Assembly (NCBI GenBank): GCA_040377305.1
Contig: JBEIPA010000008.1
Location: 1 to 64,000 of the forward strand
Reading direction: 5' to 3'
Source of the DNA: Flavobacteriales bacterium
Lineage (GTDB): Bacteria > Bacteroidota > Bacteroidia > Palsa-965
Length of the DNA: 64,000 nucleotides
Positions 10,375 through 18,009 of this stretch are shown here, one piece after another; position 1 is the stretch's first letter; every line of letters begins with the position of its first letter. The notes beneath the pieces are model-generated. The model made no database searches. It saw only the letters and a program-made list of their open reading frames with translations, and had not been told where the DNA came from. Made by a program: the position numbers and the translations under genes.

Positions 10375-10403
10375 CTCCGAATCGACAATAAAGAACAGAT
10401 ATC

Positions 10404-10970
10404 GTGCATTCAATAGAGCCCTACTTCGCCTGGCGCGATCTCTACACCGCAGAGGAAGATGACCGTTCTCCGTTCTTTGAGCGCGAGTACAGCGAGTTTG
10501 AATTCACCAATACGATTTACAATTACGTCATTCATCCGCAATGGGACGATTTTGGTTCGACCACGATGTACATGAAAATTCTCTTCTCCGATTACGAAGA
10601 AGGATTTGCAATCATCGAACTGATTGGGGAATGGAATGATACTTTGTACAACGATGTCATGACGTTAAAACGTGACATTGTTGATCAACTCATCAACGAG
10701 GGTATTATGCACTTCATCGTAGTCGGTGAAAATATTCTGAACTTTCATTACAGCGACGACAGCTACTACGAAGAATGGTACGAAGATGTTGAAGAAGGAT
10801 GGATTGCGTTCATCAATTTTCAACCGCATGTGCTTTCTGAAATGAAACGAGCACGCATTGACTGGTATGTGAACTGGGGTGGAGAATTGAATGAGTTGCC
10901 TTGGAGGACGTATAAGCCAGCACAGTTGTTTGAGAAAGTTAAGGCCGTGCTTGGATTGAGACTTGGGTAG
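10404..10970 (+). CDS. Conserved acidic hypothetical protein (Bacteroidota type)
   Basis: GTG start; IEPYFAWRDLY...HPQWDDFGS...GEWND...GENILNFH; host-like codon usage. Confidence 0.75.
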   Translation: MHSIEPYFAWRDLYTAEEDDRSPFFEREYSEFEFTNTIYNYVIHPQWDDFGSTTMYMKILFSDYEEGFAIIELIGEWNDTLYNDVMTLKRDIVDQLINEGIMHFIVVGENILNFHYSDDSYYEEWYEDVEEGWIAFINFQPHVLSEMKRARIDWYVNWGGELNELPWRTYKPAQLFEKVKAVLGLRLG

Positions 10971-10978
10971 TGTTCTCG

Positions 10979-11089
10979 GTGCTCAGTGCTCGGTTTTGTG
11001 AGAACCAGGATTCAGGCTTTGTTGTGAGGCCCGCGATTTTCATGGTCAAAAAACCACAAAGACGCTAAGGCGCAGAGGACCGCAAAGAA
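10979..11089 (+). repeat. Second copy of the 111-bp repeat at 3420-3530
   Basis: Gap-free alignment with 12 mismatches in 111 nt, counted by hand. Confidence 0.9.
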
Positions 11090-11098
11090 ATCAAGCCA

Positions 11099-11563
11099 TC
11101 ATACAACATCGTGAAGTATAAACTCCGTCCCATTCACATTCACGCGTTCATCTGCTTTCTTCCCTACCATCTTCTGTCCCAACGGTGATTGCGCCGACAA
11201 ACACATCACGTTTTCTCCGTCCACTACAATTTTTCCAAGCGGAATGCTCAGGTAAATCCAACCTTGATTGGTTTTCACGAGCGAGCCGTTAATCACAACT
11301 TCACTCTTCGCATTGGGATCGATGCGTTTGAGCACTTGCTCCTGCTGCAACAACAAAGTCAGTTGATTACTCAGCTTCTCCTGCTCGATCTGCATCATTG
11401 CTCGCGCGGTTTCGTGCTTGTCGCCTGCGGTGCTTTTAGAATCGTTCTTTGCTCCTTCTACGAGTTCGTGGAGCTGCTGTTTCAATGAAATAATTCTGTC
11501 ACCTAGGGTCGCGCCCACTTGTGTCCACAGGTTGTATTTCACCAAGCCTTCCGATTTTGTCAT
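11099..11563 (-). CDS. GreA/GreB-like protein
   Basis: KSTAGDKHETARAMMQIE, GSLVKT, SAQSPLG motifs; start codon uncertain. Confidence 0.75.
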   Translation of the reverse strand: MTKSEGLVKYNLWTQVGATLGDRIISLKQQLHELVEGAKNDSKSTAGDKHETARAMMQIEQEKLSNQLTLLLQQEQVLKRIDPNAKSEVVINGSLVKTNQGWIYLSIPLGKIVVDGENVMCLSAQSPLGQKMVGKKADERVNVNGTEFILHDVV

Positions 11564-11999
11564 ACTTCTTCATTAGGGTATCAATTATCAGGTACTTCTC
11601 AATTCTGACGTACTTAGGATCAGAAGAAACACTGTCGATAGTCATTTCAATATTAAAAAAGCAATCACAAAACTCTCCTTTGCGAATTCGAAGTGTATCA
11701 CCGGTCACCTCATCAATTCGATAGCTTTTACTCGGTGCTGGTTGATGCAACAAATACAACGTGTCGCCAGAATATTTTCTTACTACCAATTCCCTATTCG
11801 CACAATTAGCCATCATATCAAGATGCAAAGTCAGAATATGATTGTGGTAATTTCTAAAACTTACTCTTTCTTTATAACACTCACCAAGGCATTTGCTCAT
11901 TTTGAATTCTCTGATAATGGGAAGATTTTCGTGGTGATTTGCAACCACAAAGCCACACATTAACAGGCACATGCACATATATGGCAACAACTTCCTCAT
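11499..11999 (-). CDS. Cys-rich secreted hypothetical protein
   Basis: Signal-like N terminus; KCLGEC, ANC, CDC; ATGA overlap with the permease. Confidence 0.6.
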   Translation of the reverse strand: MRKLLPYMCMCLLMCGFVVANHHENLPIIREFKMSKCLGECYKERVSFRNYHNHILTLHLDMMANCANRELVVRKYSGDTLYLLHQPAPSKSYRIDEVTGDTLRIRKGEFCDCFFNIEMTIDSVSSDPKYVRIEKYLIIDTLMKKYDKIGRLGEIQPVDTSGRDPR

Positions 12000-13171
12000 G
12001 CAAGCGCCAACACATTTCGTTTAAACAACCGCACCGCAATCAGATTCAATCCCGTACCGATGCAAATCAAAACCAATACGCGTGTAAGGAAAGTCGGATC
12101 AGTTAATGGAAGATCGCGCCAGAAAATATCGTAGAATCCTTGTACGCCCCAGTAGTTAACTGTGATTACGCCAAGCTTCTGCATAAACGCCGGCATGATG
12201 AACGATGGAACCATGCTTCCACCCAATGCGCTCATGGTCATGATCACGAGGGTCGACATTCCCTGAACTTGCGCACGTGATTTTGCAAATGAAACCAGGA
12301 ACACGCCGAACGATGAACAGGAATATGCCGTGCAGAAAATCATGATGAGCAATGCCGGAACGTGTGACGGAACATCGAGTCCGAATACCAACCAGCCAAA
12401 TATGAACATCACGGCAAGTTGCATCATGGAAATAATGTTTACTGAAATCATCTTGCCGAATAAAATTGAAGAAGGATTAATCGGCGACACAATGAGCTTC
12501 TTCAGTGTTCCTTCTGCTTTCTCGTCGAGCATGCCCATTCCCATAGCGGTTACAGAGAACAACAACATCATGATTGCGGTGCCGGCAACTGCGTGAACGA
12601 GTCCAGCTGAATTTTCTTTCTGCTTTATTACACTGGTTTGCTTCAGTTCCAGATTCGGAGCAGGTTGTGGATTGTATAAGATTCCCTGCGGAGGCGGGTC
12701 GCCAGACCTTTTGTAAAGAGTCCCCATTTTCATCCTGCCAACATACTCGTTCAGCCTTCCAAACAAAGCTCCCGTTAGAATTGCGACTTCCGGACCTTCA
12801 CCTTCATCGGATCTAATTTCGAGTACGGGTGTTCCCTGCTTATTCACACTATCGCCAAACCCTTGGTGAATCAAAAGCACAGCAGCCCGCTTTCCTTTTA
12901 ACACAAGCTCAGTTGCTGAATCGGCTGTTGTTGTTTTAACTACGAACTCTTCCAATGAATCGAGACTCGAAATCAGCATCTTGCTTTCGTTGCTTTGATC
13001 AAGATCAGCAATCACCAACTGACGTGGTTCCGGTTTCTCGTCGCCCCTACCCGCTCCGCCAAATGCAAAGGCGAACAACGTTATCAGGGCAATGGGTACA
13101 ACGAACGCCATGAGCAATCCACGACGATCGGAGAAGAATATTTTTATGTCTTTGAAGGCTATCGTTAACAT
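11996..13171 (-). CDS. ABC-2 type transporter permease
   Basis: N-terminal TM, extracytoplasmic domain, EKAEGTLKKL, LGGSMVP, 5 C-terminal TMs. Confidence 0.9.
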   Translation of the reverse strand: MLTIAFKDIKIFFSDRRGLLMAFVVPIALITLFAFAFGGAGRGDEKPEPRQLVIADLDQSNESKMLISSLDSLEEFVVKTTTADSATELVLKGKRAAVLLIHQGFGDSVNKQGTPVLEIRSDEGEGPEVAILTGALFGRLNEYVGRMKMGTLYKRSGDPPPQGILYNPQPAPNLELKQTSVIKQKENSAGLVHAVAGTAIMMLLFSVTAMGMGMLDEKAEGTLKKLIVSPINPSSILFGKMISVNIISMMQLAVMFIFGWLVFGLDVPSHVPALLIMIFCTAYSCSSFGVFLVSFAKSRAQVQGMSTLVIMTMSALGGSMVPSFIMPAFMQKLGVITVNYWGVQGFYDIFWRDLPLTDPTFLTRVLVLICIGTGLNLIAVRLFKRNVLALA

Positions 13172-14094
13172 TAGTCGCGCAGTTGTTTACCGGTGAGACT
13201 TAAGAAAACTGTTTCGAGATTGACTCTGCGAATGTCGATGTGTTCGATTTCAATTCCAGCATCATTACATGCGACAATCATCTTCGGCATTTCTGTTTTC
13301 AGATTGGCAGAAAGAAATGTGAGTTCACCTTCCGACATTGTGAGTGTATAACCCGCACTTTTCAGTTTAGATACAATCTCTTCGGTGATTCCTTTGCCGG
13401 TAATCACCAGCGACTCTTTCTCGCCGCCTTGCTGTTTTAATTCCTCAAGCGTTCCTTGTGCGATGATTGTTCCGTTGTCAATGATTCCGATTCGGTCGCA
13501 GAAACGTTCAGCTTCTTCCATATAATGTGTGGTGTACACAATCGTCATTCCTTCCTTATGCAGCTTCTCCACCACTTCGAAAATGAGGTTGCGCGATTGC
13601 GGATCGATTCCGACTGTCGGCTCATCCATGAATAATATTTTCGGTTTGTGTAATAATGCCGATGCAATATTGATGCGGCGCTTCATTCCACCCGAATATG
13701 TTTTGACTTTGTCGTTGCGGCGATCGAACAACCCGAACAACTTCAGTGTTTCTTCAATTCGAATTTGCAGATCACTTTTAGAAACTCCATACAGACTTCC
13801 CCAGAATAGGAGATTGTCGACAGCGGAAAGATCGTTGTACAATGCTATCTCCTGCGGAACAACACCGATAACCTGCTTGCACTGCTTCGGATTTTTTTTG
13901 AGATCGTTCCCGTCTATGGTCACCGTGCCGGTATCGGGATCCACAAGCGTACTCATGATTCCGATTGTGGTCGATTTACCAGCGCCGTTTGGGCCGAGCA
14001 ATCCGTAAAACTCTCCGGGATGAATGGTAAAAGAAATTCCCTTCAACGCGACTGTGGTGCCGTAGGATTTCTTCAAATCAGTGACTGTGATCAT
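13171..14094 (-). CDS. ABC transporter ATP-binding protein (exporter type)
   Basis: GPNGAGKST, YSGGMKRR, DEPTVGID, TTH. Confidence 0.95.
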   Translation of the reverse strand: MITVTDLKKSYGTTVALKGISFTIHPGEFYGLLGPNGAGKSTTIGIMSTLVDPDTGTVTIDGNDLKKNPKQCKQVIGVVPQEIALYNDLSAVDNLLFWGSLYGVSKSDLQIRIEETLKLFGLFDRRNDKVKTYSGGMKRRINIASALLHKPKILFMDEPTVGIDPQSRNLIFEVVEKLHKEGMTIVYTTHYMEEAERFCDRIGIIDNGTIIAQGTLEELKQQGGEKESLVITGKGITEEIVSKLKSAGYTLTMSEGELTFLSANLKTEMPKMIVACNDAGIEIEHIDIRRVNLETVFLSLTGKQLRD

Positions 14095-14112
14095 GTACGA
14101 AAGATAATGTAA

Positions 14113-14349
14113 AACGCGGGTTGAAACCCACGTTGCTCATGTCATTTTACATAGGAATTGACTCGTGAGCCGCGGGATAAATCCCACGGCTGTCTTAAGA
14201 CACACCGGAGTTGTGCGTTCACGAAAGCTCACGATTCATTGTGCGTTTGCCTCGGCGGGTGTATTCATGAAAGCCGCGGGATTCATTTCGCGGATTGAAT
14301 GCGCCCACGCGAAATGTGGACATGAGCAATTCGGGTTTCAACCCGAATT
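14113..14349. repeat. REP/REPIN-like cluster with four palindromes and about 26-bp inverted ends
   Basis: Palindromes at 14113-14134, 14168-14191, 14272-14296 and 14328-14349; 14118-14143 is inverted relative to 14319-14344 (23/26). Confidence 0.8.
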
Positions 14350-14350
14350 A

Positions 14351-16291
14351 TTATTGCACGATCTCCGACAACTCCATCCACCGACCTGTCTTCACCTCCA
14401 ACTGCGATTCAATCTCACCAAATCGTGTTGAAAGTTTCGCGAGCTCAGCAGAGTCGTTAATGGTTCCGAGTTTCTCCGTAATGGACTTCTTCTCCGCTTC
14501 AAGCAACGGAATTTCTTTATCGAGTTGTTCGAATTCGAATTTTTCTTTGAACGAAGCCTTACGGTTCCCTGTTCCCTGTTCCCCGTTTCCTGTTGGTGCG
14601 GAGTTCTTTGTTTCCTCTTCCGACACAGCAACTACTTCCTTTTTTTGCTGGGAACCGGGAACCGGGAACTGAGAACCCTTCTCTCGCCACTGTGAATAGT
14701 TCCCCGGGAAATCCTGAATCACACCTTGTCCGTGGAAAACGAAAAGATGGTCCACAAGCTTGTCCATGAAATAACGATCGTGAGAAACGATGATTACACA
14801 TCCCGGAAAATCGAGTAAGAAATCTTCGAGAATCGCCAGCGTGAGAATATCAAGATCATTTGTGGGCTCATCGAGAATCAGGAAGTTTGGATTGCGCATG
14901 AGAAGCGTACACAGATACAATCTGCGTTTCTCTCCTCCGCTCAATTTACCGACCTGTGTGTATTGCATCTGCGAAGTGAACAGGAAGCGCTCGAGAATCT
15001 GACTCGCTGAAACTTTCATTCCATCGCCAGATGGAAAATATTCCGCGATCTCTTTCATGACTTCAATCACGCGAAGATCATCTTTCATCTTCATGCCGTT
15101 TTGGTTGTAGTAACCGAAAACAACAGTTTCGCCGGTTTGAATTTTCCCGGAATCGTATGGCTCAAGTCCAAGCAGAATATTCAGTAATGTTGATTTACCT
15201 GAACCATTCGCACCTACAATTCCGATTTTCTCGCCGCGCTTAAATGTATAATCGAATCCATCGAGAATGATCTTCTCAACTTCTTCACCTTCCATATTTT
15301 TAGAAGTGAATTTCTTTTTCAGGTTAACAAGTTCAAGAATCTTTCCACCCAATCGCGTCATGCTTGATTCGAGTTTCAATGCTTCTTTCTTCTCCGGACC
15401 GGCTGCTTTCACTGCAACTTCTTTGAAAGCATCTTTCCGTGCTTTCTGTTTCACGCTACGTGCACGAGGCATTTTGCGTACCCATTCTAATTCGCGACGG
15501 AAAAGGTTTTTCGCTTTCGACAGTTCAGATGCCTGCTGCATTTCACGCTCAGCTTTCTTCTCGATGTAATACGCGAAATCGCCATCGTAGTTATACAGTT
15601 TGCCGTCTTCCATCTCGATGATACGATTGCAAACTCTATCCAGAAAATAACGATCGTGTGTTACAAGCAGCAAGGTCATGTCGCGACCTGCAATGTAAGT
15701 TTCCAGCCACTCGATCATGTTTATATCGAGGTGGTTGGTCGGTTCATCCAACACCAATAAATCCGGTTCAGAAACCAACACCTGCGCGAGCGCCAGACGT
15801 TTGATCTGTCCACCCGAAAGTGTAGAAACTTTATGCGAGAAATGATCGAACCCGAGTTTACCAAGAATGGTACGCACGCGTTGCTCAAGATCCCAGGCTT
15901 GCAGGGCATCCATTTTCGAATTCAGATCCATCATGAGATTCTGATTCTTCTCGCTTGGATCTTCAACTATGGCTTCTGATATTTCTTCGAATTCCCGAAC
16001 GGTACGAATCAATTCCGAATCGGACGACAACACCGCTTCCAGAATGTTCTTCTTCGGATCAAACTGCGGATCCTGGTGAAGAAACTCGGTGGTCATGTCG
16101 CGACGCATGGAAACAATTCCCTTATCCGGAGAATCCTTACCTGAAATGATTCGCAATAAAGATGATTTTCCGGCACCGTTGCGCGCAATTAACGCCACTT
16201 TGTCGCCTTGAGAAAGTCCGAACGTAATGCCTTCGAAAAGGACTTTAAGTCCGTATGACTTCGAGATGTTTTCTACTGATAAAATATTCAC
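14351..16291 (-). CDS. ABC-F family ATPase (Uup-like)
   Basis: Two ABC domains (ARNGAGKS/LSGGQ/DEPTNHLD and GANGSGKS/LSGGE/DEPTNDLD) plus a C-terminal coil; GTG start. Confidence 0.95.
   Translation of the reverse strand: MNILSVENISKSYGLKVLFEGITFGLSQGDKVALIARNGAGKSSLLRIISGKDSPDKGIVSMRRDMTTEFLHQDPQFDPKKNILEAVLSSDSELIRTVREFEEISEAIVEDPSEKNQNLMMDLNSKMDALQAWDLEQRVRTILGKLGFDHFSHKVSTLSGGQIKRLALAQVLVSEPDLLVLDEPTNHLDINMIEWLETYIAGRDMTLLLVTHDRYFLDRVCNRIIEMEDGKLYNYDGDFAYYIEKKAEREMQQASELSKAKNLFRRELEWVRKMPRARSVKQKARKDAFKEVAVKAAGPEKKEALKLESSMTRLGGKILELVNLKKKFTSKNMEGEEVEKIILDGFDYTFKRGEKIGIVGANGSGKSTLLNILLGLEPYDSGKIQTGETVVFGYYNQNGMKMKDDLRVIEVMKEIAEYFPSGDGMKVSASQILERFLFTSQMQYTQVGKLSGGEKRRLYLCTLLMRNPNFLILDEPTNDLDILTLAILEDFLLDFPGCVIIVSHDRYFMDKLVDHLFVFHGQGVIQDFPGNYSQWREKGSQFPVPGSQQKKEVVAVSEEETKNSAPTGNGEQGTGNRKASFKEKFEFEQLDKEIPLLEAEKKSITEKLGTINDSAELAKLSTRFGEIESQLEVKTGRWMELSEIVQ
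14563..14677. repeat. Inverted heptamer arrays inside the ABC-F CDS
   Basis: GTTCCCT units at 14563-14594 and GGGAACC units at 14650-14677. Confidence 0.8.
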
Positions 16292-16310
16292 GGCGCGAAG
16301 ATACTACAAA

Positions 16311-16494
16311 CAGTAGGCAGTTGCGCAGGCATTCAGTTGGCAGTCGATGAATGGAAGGATTCAGCAGATTTCGAGATCCGCGCGATAAATCGCACGGAAC
16401 CTTGAAGTAGCTTTCATCAACTGCCAACTGCCCTACTGCATACTGCCCTACTGCATACTGCCCTACTGCTTACAGCCCTACTGCATACTGCCTA
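16311..16494. repeat. CAGTAGG/CAGTTGG-family inverted element with a 15-mer tandem arm and a nested REP
   Basis: CAGTTGGCAGTCGATGAA versus TTCATCAACTGCCAACTG (17/18); (CTGCCCTACTGCATA)n at about 16428-16490; inner CCGCGCGATAAATCGCACGG. Confidence 0.8.
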
Positions 16495-17247
16495 CTCCTT
16501 CTTCGGTTTGTAGTCGTACGTAATCTGAATAATCTTCGGCTCCTCCGGTTTAGGTGGATTCATTTCCGGATTCTCTTCCGAAAGTTTCGCAATCTGCTCC
16601 GGAGTCAGCAAGGCCCTCTCCTCTTCCGTCAGATGACTTTCCAAATCTTCGATCTCCTCTTCATCCTTCCAGTAGTTTTCCGGTTGCGGACCTTCTTTTC
16701 TCAAGGCATAAGCCAGAATAACTCCGGTGAGCGCCCCATACAAATGTCCTTCCCAGGAAACCGTTGGATCGAATGGAAAAATGCCCCACACCATGCTTCC
16801 GTAGAGGAAAATGAGCAGGAAGGAAATCATGGTAAGACGTGGAACTTTTCGGATGAATCCGCTGAAGAAAAGAAAGAAAGCCATGCCGTAAACTACACCG
16901 CTAGCTCCGATGTGAAAGTGTTGACGTGCGAACATCCACAAAAGAATTCCATTGGTAAAATAGATGAGCCAGAAAACTTTTCCTGCAATCTCCCGGTAGT
17001 TTGACCACAGGAGAAATCCGAGAAGCAACAGTGGAATTGTATTACCAAATAAGTGTTCAAAGTCAGCGTGCAAAAGCGGTGTTGTAATTATGCCAATTAA
17101 TCCGCCTGCTGTGCGCGGAAACACCGAGTAATCGGCCCAAGACTCCTGTAAAAACCCTTGCGCTAGATGAATGAGCCAGATCAGCACCACGAAAGTGAAT
17201 GGGAAAAGCTGTCGGAATAAAATAAGGTGCCGGGCAGGGTTTGACAT
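16492..17247 (-). CDS. Rhomboid family intramembrane serine protease
   Basis: HADFEHLFGN, GASG, SWEGHL; multiple TMs. Confidence 0.9.
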   Translation of the reverse strand: MSNPARHLILFRQLFPFTFVVLIWLIHLAQGFLQESWADYSVFPRTAGGLIGIITTPLLHADFEHLFGNTIPLLLLGFLLWSNYREIAGKVFWLIYFTNGILLWMFARQHFHIGASGVVYGMAFFLFFSGFIRKVPRLTMISFLLIFLYGSMVWGIFPFDPTVSWEGHLYGALTGVILAYALRKEGPQPENYWKDEEEIEDLESHLTEEERALLTPEQIAKLSEENPEMNPPKPEEPKIIQITYDYKPKKE

Positions 17248-17381
17248 GCGCTTGTTTGCTCAAAGTTAGTACCACGTGCGGAATTGGATGAAATTCGGGT
17301 CAGAACGTCTGAATGTTCCTCCAGTCAAATGACATTGCGACAAATACAAGGCAAATTGGCGTGAATTGTTCCTACCGCCCG

Positions 17382-17389
17382 TATCTTTG
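17382..17389 (+). promoter_or_regulatory. -7 promoter box TATCTTTG 3 nt before ATG 17393
   Basis: Perfect TAnnTTTG match. Confidence 0.65.
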
Positions 17390-17392
17390 AGT

Positions 17393-17923
17393 ATGCCCCT
17401 CCGGCTCAAATCTGCTGTATTACTTGCCTTCTGCGCTGTGTTTTTCTTCAACACGAGCGTATTCGGCGTTGTGTTGTCTGCAGAGCTTTACGTGCATCAA
17501 CTCGCACAGCTGGAAAAAATCAAAAAGAAAAAGCACAAGGACATCATTGAACTCCGAATCGACAAGCAACTTGTTGAATCGCGCAACGAGCAATTTCAGT
17601 GGGAGAAAGATTGGGAATTCCGCTGGCTGGGAGAGATGTATGACATTGAAGATTCTTTTCTCGACGGTGAAACATGGGTCTTCTTCGTAAAACACGACAC
17701 GAAAGAAGATATGTTGCGAAAGAATATGGATCGGCATGCTCAAGATGAAAACACGAAACGTAATGCTCAACTCAAGAAAAACCTGAAAGGCACAGAGTAT
17801 TTTGAGCAAGTCGCATTTGTTGTTCAGTTATACACCGAAGCAATTCTGCAATCTCCGGAACCTGAGTCAAACTTGGGATCAATACATTCTGTCATTCCGG
17901 ATCCTCCACCCTGGTTAAGCTAA
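17393..17923 (+). CDS. Membrane-anchored hypothetical protein with a C-terminal polyproline motif (putative regulatory leader of the TonB-dependent receptor)
   Basis: N-terminal hydrophobic helix, EFRWLGEMYDI core, ends IPDPPPWLS*. Confidence 0.75.
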   Translation: MPLRLKSAVLLAFCAVFFFNTSVFGVVLSAELYVHQLAQLEKIKKKKHKDIIELRIDKQLVESRNEQFQWEKDWEFRWLGEMYDIEDSFLDGETWVFFVKHDTKEDMLRKNMDRHAQDENTKRNAQLKKNLKGTEYFEQVAFVVQLYTEAILQSPEPESNLGSIHSVIPDPPPWLS

Positions 17924-18004
17924 GTGTTTCTTAAGTGCTTATGCACTGAAAAAATCATTGTCCGCTCCCGCTTGATATCGGGACGGAGAAACTTACTTAA
18001 CCAG
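17911..18004 (+). promoter_or_regulatory. Putative cis-regulatory multibranch RNA structure covering the receptor initiation region
   Basis: 17911-17931 pairs with 17987-18004 (18 bp, two bulges) and encloses hairpins at 17934-17947 and 17961-17987. Confidence 0.65.
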
Positions 18005-18009
18005 TTCAC

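Noticed and set aside
14165-14431. ORF across the REP cluster as a possible transposase remnant
   Set aside because: No HUH/Y1 or DDE motif visible
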